Of a DNA stretch of 64,000 bases, positions 39,546 through 49,325 are shown in pieces. This DNA is from Eubacteriales bacterium. Its GTDB lineage: Bacteria > Bacillota > Clostridia > Oscillospirales > CAG-272. The translations under genes and the position numbers were made by a program. Position 1 is the stretch's first letter; every line of letters begins with the position of its first letter. Under the pieces are notes generated by a model that was given only the letters and a program-made list of their open reading frames with translations, was not told the DNA's origin and searched no databases. Location of the stretch: contig JAZKZP010000125.1 of assembly GCA_045612715.1 (NCBI GenBank), positions 9,943 through 73,942 on the forward strand, read 5' to 3'.

Positions 39546-41159
39546 TTAATCTTTAACTGCGTTAAATACGTTTAAGCTTGGCAGCACTTTACCGTTATAT
39601 GTGAAAAATGTTTGGTTGGCCCACGTGCATCTTGTTAAGCTATCAGCCCAACCTGCTCCGGAAACGGGTAACCAAGCTCCTTCCCACCAGAAAAGACCGT
39701 ATCCGTTGGGACTGTCTGCAAGAGCAGCTATTACATCTCGCAAGAAGTTTGCCTGTCCCGAAACACTAACGTCATATCCTGACAATGCCCATTCGGTATT
39801 AAAGCTGTTTGAGGCGTGAATTGAGCTTGTGTAAGTAAATGCGTATGACGTTTCGGCAATCGTGACCAATTTATCCGGAAATTCTTGATATAAAACATTT
39901 AATGCGTTTTTCAAATCACTGATTTTTCCTTGATACTTAGGATAATATGATAAACCAATAATATCAAAATCAAGTCCGTTTAAATCCTGATAAAAGCTCT
40001 TCATAAAGTCGGTTCCTGTCATGCCTTTTGAAATATGAATCATAGTTAATATATCTTCATCCACTTCATTAACCGCATCGAGTCCTGCTTTTAAATATTT
40101 GCGGAAATTGTCGGTATACGCATATCCTCTGATATTTGAATTTAAAGAATATGAATTGGTTAAATATTCCACGTTCAAATCTCCGGTCAATTTATCACTT
40201 TCATCGCCGGGATATTTCGTCATCATACCGTGTGTAACCTCATTACCGATTTGAACCATATCGGGCAAAGCACCCACTTCTTTCAATTCCAACAATATTG
40301 ATTTTGTATATTCGTAAAGCGCATTAGCTACCTCATCGCTTGTTTTGAAGTCCGCCCATGCCTTTGGTATTACCTGATACGTGGGATCTGCCCAGAAATC
40401 GCTGTAATGAAAATCCAACAACAGCTTTAATCCAGCTGCTTTAGCCTCTCTTGCCAATCTGATGATCGTTTCTTTGTCGCAAGTGCCACCGCCATAGCTA
40501 ACCTTTTCTCCGGTTGAATAAGTATTATATGGATCGTTCCACAAACGTAATCTAACATAATTAACGCCGTTGTCAGCTAAAATTCTGAATACGTTTTGAC
40601 GCTTACCTTCACTATTATAATACTTACCACCATTTTGAATAACCTGATAAACCATGGACATATCAATTCCCAACGGAAAGCTACTATCTATTTTGTTAGT
40701 TAACGGATTGACTTCGATAGGATTTAACCATCCCTCGCTTGTCTCCTGAGATAACGTCGAGGAATAATTATCCTCTTTTACTGTTACTTTAAAAGCAGTT
40801 GATACTCCCGAGGCGGTAGTGGCTGTAACGGTTGTTGTAGTGCCGCTAAGCATACCTTGAATTTTATTGTCATATATCCAGATGTTTTGATTATCATAGG
40901 TATATGTAACGGGTTCATTCTCCATATTGACAAACTTAACACTTATTTGTGTTGCTTCATCAACCTCAAGAGTATAACTGTTTATAATAATTCTTCGATT
41001 ATCCGAGGGATTTGTGCTTGATGGGGTTGTACTTGATGTAGTTATGGTTGATTGAGAAGAGCTATTGGTAGAATCGGTATGACTATTGGTAGGATTATTA
41101 ATTGTACAAGCTGAAAAAATAACAACTAAAATCAGTATCAATATTAATAATTTCTTCAC
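39546..41159 (-). CDS. Secreted lipoprotein GH53 endo-beta-1,4-galactanase with an Ig-like N-terminal domain (537 aa)
   Basis: Lipobox is LVVIFSAC. GH53 motifs are VRLRLWNDPY, LLDFHYSDFWADP, VQIGNEVTHGM and IAETSYAF. Confidence 0.85.
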   Translation of the reverse strand: MKKLLILILILVVIFSACTINNPTNSHTDSTNSSSQSTITTSSTTPSSTNPSDNRRIIINSYTLEVDEATQISVKFVNMENEPVTYTYDNQNIWIYDNKIQGMLSGTTTTVTATTASGVSTAFKVTVKEDNYSSTLSQETSEGWLNPIEVNPLTNKIDSSFPLGIDMSMVYQVIQNGGKYYNSEGKRQNVFRILADNGVNYVRLRLWNDPYNTYSTGEKVSYGGGTCDKETIIRLAREAKAAGLKLLLDFHYSDFWADPTYQVIPKAWADFKTSDEVANALYEYTKSILLELKEVGALPDMVQIGNEVTHGMMTKYPGDESDKLTGDLNVEYLTNSYSLNSNIRGYAYTDNFRKYLKAGLDAVNEVDEDILTMIHISKGMTGTDFMKSFYQDLNGLDFDIIGLSYYPKYQGKISDLKNALNVLYQEFPDKLVTIAETSYAFTYTSSIHASNSFNTEWALSGYDVSVSGQANFLRDVIAALADSPNGYGLFWWEGAWLPVSGAGWADSLTRCTWANQTFFTYNGKVLPSLNVFNAVKD

Positions 41160-41181
41160 GCTTGTTACCTCCTAAAGCATA

Positions 41182-42744
41182 TTATTTTCTTGCAATAGCA
41201 ACGTTGTCAATTGAGCCCCATGCCCAAGAATAAACATTGATTGTGATTGTTACTGTAACTGATTCAGTACCTTCGGCAACCGTGAAATCATACGCCAAAT
41301 TTGTGGAAGCTGATGTTGCTCCGTCTTGCCAAGTGTTTTTATACGTATCGAATGTACCAATAGTTGTTCCATTAATGCTTACAACGATGTCAGCACGGTG
41401 GAACCATGCGCCTGCAAGCATACTCAAGGTATAATCTCCTGCTTCCAAGCCTTCCACTGTGGTTTCCAATGTAACTACATATGTTGAATTGCTTTGATTA
41501 TCAACCTCATAACGATGATTGCTGGTTCCTGTTTCAAGCATTATTTTACCAACAGTGCCTGTTGTTGTAAATGTTTTTTCTGAATTTTCAAATGTTCCGA
41601 TTTCGTTAAATCCATTAATTACTTCCAAGGTTGTATCTGTAGCTTCAATTACAGTGATAGCAATATCCTGAGTAAAGTCTACGCCATTAACCTTACCAGT
41701 AACCGTTAATGTAGCACTTCCTGCTTCAGCAGCTGCAACCAATGTAGTACCATCAATTGATGCTGCACCGGTAACTGAATATGTCAATTCTGTTAATGGA
41801 AGTTCTACGGGCGTTGTTTGATATACTAAATTAGCCAAATCAAATTGTTCATTAGTCTTTAAAGTAACCGAACTAAATGCTATATCAGGATCATTAACTA
41901 CGCCTTTAACGATTGTCAAATCATCCATACTTGCCCAAGGCTGTTCAGTGCCTACTACAGTAATAGTAATAACGTTTGCTTCTGCATTAGGAACAAATTC
42001 AACAACGTAACGGTCAAAGTTTCCATCTTTCTTATACCATGTGGGAACGTATTCTTCGCCGTTAATTGTAATTGTTACATTAACTGTTCCGGCTTGCATA
42101 AAGTAATAAGAAATTGAATGAGTTTCAGCTTCAATTCCGCCCAAATTAGCAGTCAAGGATACTGTGAAATCCAAGCTTGTTGAAGTAGCATCGTCCCATC
42201 CGCCATACAAACGCAATGCATTTGCACCTGAACGGAAATCGAGTGCTGCGCTAGCTGCAACGTTTTCGTCAGTAACAACCCATTCCAACTGATTGAGAGA
42301 GGATTCAAAAGCTCCCATCAAGTTGAACTTTTCAATAGCTGAAATTCTTTCTATTGCGTTAACTGTTACGTTGAATGTGCAAGTAACACCTGATTCAGAA
42401 GTTACTGTAACAGTTGTTTCACCCGCACTAAGAGCTGTCAAATAACCGCCACTGATTTCTGCAATTTCAGGATTTTCAACTGCGTATTCAACTGATTCTT
42501 CGATCATATCAGTGAAGTTTACAATGATCTCAACGCTGTCTTCCTCATCTATGATGATATCATCAACAGAGATTGAGGGCTCAGGCTGTTCAACAACGTC
42601 ATCAGGCTTTGTGGTTGTTGTGGGAGTTGTAGTTGTGGTTGTTGTGGGAGTTGTAGGAGTTGTAGTATTTCCCCAATCACCGAAGCATGATACTAAAAGT
42701 GACATGCTTAAAACGAGAGCTAAAATTACTAAACTTTTTTTCAT
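41182..42744 (-). CDS. Surface lipoprotein with a Thr/Pro linker, Ig-like (Big_2-type) and carbohydrate-binding-like beta-sandwich domains (520 aa)
   Basis: Lipobox is LLVSC. The linker is TTTPTTPTTTTTTTPTTTTKP. Contains Big_2-like repeats (GETTVTVTSESGVTCTFNVTV). The C-terminal module resembles the C-terminus of the 698-aa GH53 protein. Confidence 0.7.
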   Translation of the reverse strand: MKKSLVILALVLSMSLLVSCFGDWGNTTTPTTPTTTTTTTPTTTTKPDDVVEQPEPSISVDDIIIDEEDSVEIIVNFTDMIEESVEYAVENPEIAEISGGYLTALSAGETTVTVTSESGVTCTFNVTVNAIERISAIEKFNLMGAFESSLNQLEWVVTDENVAASAALDFRSGANALRLYGGWDDATSTSLDFTVSLTANLGGIEAETHSISYYFMQAGTVNVTITINGEEYVPTWYKKDGNFDRYVVEFVPNAEANVITITVVGTEQPWASMDDLTIVKGVVNDPDIAFSSVTLKTNEQFDLANLVYQTTPVELPLTELTYSVTGAASIDGTTLVAAAEAGSATLTVTGKVNGVDFTQDIAITVIEATDTTLEVINGFNEIGTFENSEKTFTTTGTVGKIMLETGTSNHRYEVDNQSNSTYVVTLETTVEGLEAGDYTLSMLAGAWFHRADIVVSINGTTIGTFDTYKNTWQDGATSASTNLAYDFTVAEGTESVTVTITINVYSWAWGSIDNVAIARK

Positions 42745-42773
42745 TTTCTTTTTTCCTTTCTTTTTTTGTTTTT

Positions 42774-43622
42774 TTATCCTTTTACTGCCCCTGAAGAGAT
42801 TCCCTCTACCATAAATTTTTGTAGAGAAATATATAATATTACAATCGGAACTGCAATTAATACACTTCCGGCAGCAAACATCGTAAATTTGGTAGTAATA
42901 GTTGACTCTAATGTCATATTATATAATCCTACTGCTACCGTATAAGTTGAAGGATCCTTTAAAACCAGACCGGCTAAAATATAATCGGTCCACGGAGTCA
43001 TAAAGGACATCAAGGCGGTATATATCAAAATTGGTGATGCAAGTGGCAAGAATATTTTGAAGAATATTACAAATTGATTAGCACCGTCTAAAATAGCCGC
43101 TTCGTCAATGGATTTAGAGATCGTATCGAAGTATCCTTTGCATACAAAGAAACCTAAACCCGAACCGGATACATAGACTAATAGCAACGCCCAAATGGAT
43201 CCTACCAAACCAAGCATATTTAAAATGATATAAACCGCAATCATTGCCATAAATCCTGGAAACATACCTAAAATCAAGGTTATATTCATTAAAGGCTTAC
43301 GCGATTTAAACCTGAATCTTGAAAAGCAATAACCCGTTATCAGTGTAAAAAACGTTGACAAAATCATATTTAATATCGCGATAACGAACGTGTTTTTAAC
43401 CCAAGTCAAGAATTCAGTTGTTTCTATTAGTTTAACGTAATTATTCGTTGTTGTTTCGGTTGGGAAAAATGTAGGTGAGATCACACCTGCCTCCAACTTA
43501 AAGGAAGCGGCAATAACCCAAACGACAGGTATCAGCCAAATAATGCACAACACGTTCAATAATAAATTTGAAGCGATTGCGTCAGCTATTTTTGCTTTTT
43601 TATAACTACGGTGTTTCAACAT
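42774..43622 (-). CDS. Sugar ABC transporter permease (MalG/GanQ-like; 282 aa)
   Basis: Multiple TM helices and the EAA loop DEAAILDGANQFVIFFKIFLP. Confidence 0.85.
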   Translation of the reverse strand: MLKHRSYKKAKIADAIASNLLLNVLCIIWLIPVVWVIAASFKLEAGVISPTFFPTETTTNNYVKLIETTEFLTWVKNTFVIAILNMILSTFFTLITGYCFSRFRFKSRKPLMNITLILGMFPGFMAMIAVYIILNMLGLVGSIWALLLVYVSGSGLGFFVCKGYFDTISKSIDEAAILDGANQFVIFFKIFLPLASPILIYTALMSFMTPWTDYILAGLVLKDPSTYTVAVGLYNMTLESTITTKFTMFAAGSVLIAVPIVILYISLQKFMVEGISSGAVKG

Positions 43623-44959
43623 TACTGATACTCCTCCTCTCTGTTATAAGCTGCACTTCTTCTATAAATAATCAATGACAAGCTTGCAGAAATGATAAAC
43701 ATAATAATGCCGATTGCCGCACCGATGTTATATTCGGGGTTATGCTGCATCGTTAGCTTATATAACCATGTGATAAGAATATCAGTTCCTCCCGCCTTGC
43801 CACCTGTTCCCAAACCCGTAGGACCACCATTGGTTAAGAACCAAATTACATTAAAGTTATTTATGTTACTAATGAAATTAGTAATCAAAAGAGGAGTTGT
43901 CATAAATATAATGTGTGGGAAAGTAATTTTGAAGAAAATATGCGTTTTGCTTGCTCCGTCAATTTCGGCAGCTTCATAATAATCCTTAGGGATATTCATC
44001 AGCAATCCCGAAATCAGTAGCATAAAATAAGGAATACCAACCCACATATTGATTAATATTATCAATACCTTGGCAATAAGTGGATCATCCCAAAAAGCTA
44101 TTCTTTCCGTTATCAATCCCCAATCCAACAGTATCGTATTAATCGGACCGTATTTAGAAAACATTGTATTCATAACTCTCAATGATAAAAACTGAGGAAT
44201 TGCCATTGTAACAACAAATATAGAACGATATAGTGGCTTAAGCTTAACAACCTTTTTATTGATTAATAAAGCTAACAAGAATCCACCAAAATAGCAAGTA
44301 AACGTTGCTAAGAGTGCCCATATTATCGTCCATCCGAAAACGTTTTTTAACGCCTTAAAATTTTGAGAGTTACTAAATAAACTAATGAAGCTTTCCAATC
44401 CCGTCCAAGATAAATGCTTATCATTCATTATGGGGATTGTACCACTGGTGCCGTAATCCGTGAAAGCAATACAAATCATAAACACAAGTGGCAAAACCGT
44501 GAACAAGAATGCTCCAATAATAGGGATAACCAAAGCCGTGGCATAGAACTTTTCATTTGCCAAAGATTTTAAATCATCCTTAAAACTCTTAAGGGGCTCA
44601 CCGTTGATGATTTTCGAAGCATTATTATATGTAAGTTTAAGGTTTAATAAATAACAAAATACAAACAATGCCGTTATAAATATAGCCAAGATGCCATATA
44701 ACAATGAAAAATTGGACTGGACATTGTGTACGTTTAAGGTGAAAAATCCTATCAGGCTTTTAAAACCGCTACTAACCATATATAGCAAATAAGCAGTTTC
44801 AATTAATAAAAACATAATTCCGCGAACAATTTGTTTTTGAACAATTTGCCCCAATCCCATTATAAAATGAGTCAAAATTAATGATACTTTAATTAATGGC
44901 GAGGATTTGCAGTATATTGATGTATATTTTTCGAGCAGAGGTTTTTTCATTAAAACCAC
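43622..44959 (-). CDS. Sugar ABC transporter permease (MalF/GanP-like; 445 aa)
   Basis: Multiple TM helices and the EAA loop YEAAEIDGASKTHIFFKITFP. Confidence 0.85.
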   Translation of the reverse strand: MVLMKKPLLEKYTSIYCKSSPLIKVSLILTHFIMGLGQIVQKQIVRGIMFLLIETAYLLYMVSSGFKSLIGFFTLNVHNVQSNFSLLYGILAIFITALFVFCYLLNLKLTYNNASKIINGEPLKSFKDDLKSLANEKFYATALVIPIIGAFLFTVLPLVFMICIAFTDYGTSGTIPIMNDKHLSWTGLESFISLFSNSQNFKALKNVFGWTIIWALLATFTCYFGGFLLALLINKKVVKLKPLYRSIFVVTMAIPQFLSLRVMNTMFSKYGPINTILLDWGLITERIAFWDDPLIAKVLIILINMWVGIPYFMLLISGLLMNIPKDYYEAAEIDGASKTHIFFKITFPHIIFMTTPLLITNFISNINNFNVIWFLTNGGPTGLGTGGKAGGTDILITWLYKLTMQHNPEYNIGAAIGIIMFIISASLSLIIYRRSAAYNREEEYQ

Positions 44960-44969
44960 CTCCGATTAT

Positions 44970-46211
44970 TTATTTACTTTTTATGAGCGATTCGGCACCT
45001 TGCAATTTTTCGTCAATAAGATTCTTTGTTATAGAAGTTCTTGCATTCCACAATTCAGTCATAACGTCCTGCATTGGAGACCAATAGCTACCCATTTTCA
45101 AAATATTGGGCATAGTAATCGAATTATCTAATGATTGTTTAAAAACTTGCAGTGATGAACTATTGGAAATATATTTTTCGATTCTATCACTGGAGATGGT
45201 GGGCAAATATTCTTTTTCAACTAAACGCAAGTATTGAGCCTCTTCGCTTGACAAATACTCAGCCAACATATGAGCAATTGTTGGATTCTTTGAATAGCGG
45301 TTTACACCGTATCCCTTATATCCAGAAAACGGTCTTTGATTTTCTCCGTTTATTTTAGGCAAAACTGCAATAGCAGCATTTTCTCCCAATGCGTTTTTAA
45401 CATCTGCCCATAAATAGGGTGACGATATAATACCTACAACCTCACCTGTTTGAAGTAATGAGAATCCCTCGTTAACCGTAGCATTTTCAATCACGTCCGA
45501 ATAATCCTTATAGAAAGAATAAAGATTGTTTACTGCTTTTGTAGTGTTCAAATCAATTACATCCTCGTCCGTACCGTCTTCACCAAACAACACAGAGTCT
45601 GTGAATAAGCCAAATGGGTAATAACCCGAATTTGTATTGGAAACAGTCCAAGCAACCTTTTTATTAGCACTCTTAATCGAATCAAAGCTTGCTAATTGCT
45701 CTGCGGTAATTTTGGATTTATCATACATAACGGTTAATGATTCTGCTGTTATCGGATAACCGTATAATACGCCTTCGTAGGTAAATGCATTCAATGCATC
45801 TTCAGATTGGACTTCTTCTAATTTTGAAGCATAGATGTTTTCTGAAATTAAACCTGAATTAACTGCCGTTCCCAAGGTATCGTGAACAAATGCAAAAATA
45901 TCAGGGCCGTTACCTGCAGGTCCTGCAACCTGCAAGCCCTCAACCGCGCTTGCTTCCGCTTGAGCGATGATTTTTATCTCAATTTTAGGAGCAAGTGGAT
46001 ATTTTTTATAATAATCAGCCAAGAAATATTCGCACAATGTACTAACAATGCTTATATTTGATTCGTCTTCCCAAATAGTAATCGTAATCTTGTCACTTGT
46101 TGAACTTGCAGACGAATTATTAGAGCATCCGCTAAGTGTGAATATTCCCAAAATGCTTACAAGAATCAAAACAAAACATACTAATCTTTTCATTTTTATT
46201 TTTCCTTCCAT
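44970..46211 (-). CDS. Sugar ABC transporter substrate-binding lipoprotein (GanS/CycB-like; 413 aa)
   Basis: Signal/lipobox is MKRLVCFVLILVSILGIFTLSGC. The true start is probably the internal Met at 46193. The overall pattern is MalE-like. Confidence 0.8.
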   Translation of the reverse strand: MEGKIKMKRLVCFVLILVSILGIFTLSGCSNNSSASSTSDKITITIWEDESNISIVSTLCEYFLADYYKKYPLAPKIEIKIIAQAEASAVEGLQVAGPAGNGPDIFAFVHDTLGTAVNSGLISENIYASKLEEVQSEDALNAFTYEGVLYGYPITAESLTVMYDKSKITAEQLASFDSIKSANKKVAWTVSNTNSGYYPFGLFTDSVLFGEDGTDEDVIDLNTTKAVNNLYSFYKDYSDVIENATVNEGFSLLQTGEVVGIISSPYLWADVKNALGENAAIAVLPKINGENQRPFSGYKGYGVNRYSKNPTIAHMLAEYLSSEEAQYLRLVEKEYLPTISSDRIEKYISNSSSLQVFKQSLDNSITMPNILKMGSYWSPMQDVMTELWNARTSITKNLIDEKLQGAESLIKSK

Positions 46212-47302
46212 TTTTTATAAATCTCTAAGCCCCTTAGAGCTTTGCCTTGGTAATCAAACAATCCTTGATTTGACCATTCGTTACCACCGCTTTTGTGAGC
46301 TTCATTAATATACACTCTTGCTTCAAAAGAAGCCCAAGAGGTATTTGGAACTGCCAACCAACCGGGCTCCCAATAGTATAAGCCCAATAGATTGATTTTC
46401 TTGGACAATTTGAATAAATCATCCAAAAAATCTCTTTGACCTTCTATACTAATAGGATATTCGAGCTTTAACGGCAATTTCTCAATACTTTCGGAATTAA
46501 TAACCAAATTGCTATTACTATATTTTTCTAACGTAAAGCCGTAAGACGTTTCAACAATCATAATATCCTTGTTGAAGCTTTTTTGAATATCAGTTAAATT
46601 ATATTCCAAATCACGTAACGTACCGTGCCAGTAAGGATAATATGAAACGCCTAATATATCAAATTCAACTTTTCTTTTGGTTATTTCCGTCAACCATTCT
46701 CTATATAACGCGTTATCTCCGCTACGCTCCAAATGCAGTATAGCTTTAGCAGATGGGAACACCTCTCTTAAGGCATTGATACCGGCTTTCAAAAACATAG
46801 CCAAATTATCCCATTTGTGATCTGTTCCGTCTAAATGTCCATTGGGCCAACACATACCGCCCGTTATTTCGTTGCCAATTTGAACATATTTTATATCAAT
46901 ATTTTCTTCTTTGAAACGCAACAGCGTTTCTTTAGTATATTGATATATCGCGTTTTTTAGGGCAATATCATCGTAATTTCTCCAGGCCTTTGGAAGAACC
47001 TGCTTACCGGGATCTGCCCAAAAATCGCTGTAATGAAAATCCAACATTATATTCATTTCGCGTTCAAGCGCTCTTTTGGCTAATTTAATCACCCTATTCA
47101 AATCACAGGTCCCTGCCAAATATGGATTTCCAAATTCATCATATGGATCGTTCCACAATCGCAATCGAATGGAATTGACTCCATAACGTTTTAAAATATC
47201 AAATAAATCCTGCGGTTGTTCTGAATCTAAATCAAAAAACAGTCCGTTATTTTCTTCAATTTCCAACAGTGTGGAAATATCCATTCCATATTCAAACATC
47301 AT
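46196..47302 (-). CDS. Intracellular GH53 galactanase (no signal peptide; 368 aa)
   Basis: IRLRLWNDPY, MLDFHYSDFWADP, VQIGNEITGGM and IVETSYGF. The N-terminus MMFEYGMDISTLLE lacks a signal sequence. Confidence 0.85.
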   Translation of the reverse strand: MMFEYGMDISTLLEIEENNGLFFDLDSEQPQDLFDILKRYGVNSIRLRLWNDPYDEFGNPYLAGTCDLNRVIKLAKRALEREMNIMLDFHYSDFWADPGKQVLPKAWRNYDDIALKNAIYQYTKETLLRFKEENIDIKYVQIGNEITGGMCWPNGHLDGTDHKWDNLAMFLKAGINALREVFPSAKAILHLERSGDNALYREWLTEITKRKVEFDILGVSYYPYWHGTLRDLEYNLTDIQKSFNKDIMIVETSYGFTLEKYSNSNLVINSESIEKLPLKLEYPISIEGQRDFLDDLFKLSKKINLLGLYYWEPGWLAVPNTSWASFEARVYINEAHKSGGNEWSNQGLFDYQGKALRGLEIYKKWKEK

Positions 47303-47514
47303 TCATCAAACTCCGTAATACGAGTTAAAATATGTTTGTAACGGAATCTTGCCATTTGATTTTTATTTAAAACGTCCTCTTCTGTGCCTCGGTAATTGCA
47401 ACGCAAACAATAAAACTCTTTTTTGTCCTTATCAAAAAACATATCGATGTCTATGTCTCTCATAAAGCAAGACGGACAACGGTAATTTAGTCTGCCTTTT
47501 CCAGATTGAGCCAT
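47299..47514 (-). CDS. Small zinc-ribbon protein (71 aa)
   Basis: CPSCFMRD...CLRCNYRG. Overlaps both neighbouring genes. Confidence 0.5.
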   Translation of the reverse strand: MAQSGKGRLNYRCPSCFMRDIDIDMFFDKDKKEFYCLRCNYRGTEEDVLNKNQMARFRYKHILTRITEFDE

Positions 47515-49319
47515 GATTCAAAGACCTCCTTGTTTTTGAGTTTTTTCTTCAATCCCAATGTAAACATTGGAGAGAATGCGTATCCTTCGTTCGCATATCC
47601 TTCGGCTTCGGTTGTGCTATATAAATTCACCTTTGTTTCAATATCTGGAATTATAGCCGATACGGAGGTTACATTCGCCAACGAAACTGAACGGCACTTA
47701 TAAGCATATAAAATTTCTTTTGTTTCTTTATCATTAGCTACTCTTAATGTAATATGTGACATATCCTCCGGATATTCGGTAGTACCATAACAAGCTGTCA
47801 TATATTCATTAATTTCAACCTCTTTTGAAGGATCGCTCATTTCTAAGATTTCACGTTTAAATCTTATTGAGCTTGAGCCCTCTTCAAAAATAACGGTAGT
47901 TTGCAACTTAATGGTTAAATTCTTAAATTCAATATCTACAGGTTCCAAAGTAATTATCTTTGAATTGTCGGTCTGAGAAAAATGAGCCTTCGTTCTGCAC
48001 AAGCACAGATCCACCTCTTCTCCCTCATAGCTTATCTTACATGACTTGATAGTTCCTTCACCGGCATAATGAGTGAAATAACCTGCACGGTAGTTTGCTT
48101 GTATCAAGAATGGATAAGAGCAATCCTGAACGTGCTTTGTTCCAATTCCAACAGGCCAGTAAAGCTTGGCTACGTACGGTCTTAAATCAATTAACGCGCC
48201 ACCCTGATTCATATCCACACAGGTACGAAGATATGGATCGGCATACCAGAACAGTTGCTTATCTCCACCATACAAAATATCCTTCCATAATGCAACCTCA
48301 GGCATTTCATAATGATGTGTGCTGCGATAGTAATCTGCAAATTCACTCATCGTTAAATCAATAAGCTTTCCTTCGTTTTTCAGTTTAGCATAATATGCCA
48401 TACCGTCTTCGTAGCTCTTTAATAACAACTCATATGGAGCTTCCCAACGCCCCATTTTGTTCATCCATCCGGGACCTACAAACATCATATTATATGAATA
48501 GCCATTGTTGAACTTAGCTAAATGACGATATTGATCAATCAGATTATATAGATACGGATACTCTCCATCTTGATAAATCATACCTCTTAATACATTTTGA
48601 GGGTGAGTACCGAAGTTAGAACCGTTACCGTCAAAGCAAGCCAACAAATCTCTTGACAAATGAGGTATGGCAACAATTCCGCTATCCTCATCGGAATTTG
48701 CAGCAGGTGCGTGTGAGTTTTGCTTTGATGGAATCCATGGATTCCAAGGCCCTCCGTCAAATAAAGTATACCAAGAATTGTTACAAGTGTGGTAGGCCTT
48801 TGGCCCTTCCTCCCAACACGTTGCTACTGCACATTTAACACTTGGATATTTATCCTTTATGTAATTGATCAGGTCAGCATCCATAAAATACGAACCCGTT
48901 GATTCCGGATAAAAACCGAATTTTTCATAGAACAATTCAAAAACATCATTAACGATTGATATTTTATCCTCCATACTAAACATCCAAATGCAGAAATCTT
49001 TAGTTTGGTATTTATCGCGAAATTCTTTACAGGGCAAACCCAGCAATGTTAAAGCTATTTCATCTCCGTACTCCTCGTGATGCGCCTTTGCCAAGGATAC
49101 TGCCTCGTCGTTAAATAAGCTTGCATAAGTCATTTGAATAGTAGTTTTAATTCCATTTTTATGAGCAATGCTTTGTTGGATCTTAAAAATATCCAAAGAC
49201 TCAGTCAACAAGCTTTCTTTTGTTATATTTTCCTTTTCACCGTGTCCCGTAACCTTTTCCGCGTATTCGGGAACCATTTCCGGTCTGTGAATAACATTTA
49301 AAACCATTTTTGACATCAT
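47487..49319 (-). CDS. Uncharacterised 610-aa cytoplasmic protein embedded in the galactan locus
   Basis: ORF track entry. No signal peptide and no motif I recognise. It sits between two GH53 genes. Confidence 0.75.
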   Translation of the reverse strand: MMSKMVLNVIHRPEMVPEYAEKVTGHGEKENITKESLLTESLDIFKIQQSIAHKNGIKTTIQMTYASLFNDEAVSLAKAHHEEYGDEIALTLLGLPCKEFRDKYQTKDFCIWMFSMEDKISIVNDVFELFYEKFGFYPESTGSYFMDADLINYIKDKYPSVKCAVATCWEEGPKAYHTCNNSWYTLFDGGPWNPWIPSKQNSHAPAANSDEDSGIVAIPHLSRDLLACFDGNGSNFGTHPQNVLRGMIYQDGEYPYLYNLIDQYRHLAKFNNGYSYNMMFVGPGWMNKMGRWEAPYELLLKSYEDGMAYYAKLKNEGKLIDLTMSEFADYYRSTHHYEMPEVALWKDILYGGDKQLFWYADPYLRTCVDMNQGGALIDLRPYVAKLYWPVGIGTKHVQDCSYPFLIQANYRAGYFTHYAGEGTIKSCKISYEGEEVDLCLCRTKAHFSQTDNSKIITLEPVDIEFKNLTIKLQTTVIFEEGSSSIRFKREILEMSDPSKEVEINEYMTACYGTTEYPEDMSHITLRVANDKETKEILYAYKCRSVSLANVTSVSAIIPDIETKVNLYSTTEAEGYANEGYAFSPMFTLGLKKKLKNKEVFESWLNLEKAD

Positions 49320-49325
49320 TACATC

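Noticed and set aside
42512-42814. Plus-strand ORF with a poly-Val/Gly run (VVVVGVVVVVVVGVVGVVV)
   Set aside because: It is the antisense of the Thr/Pro linker of the lipoprotein gene 41182-42744.
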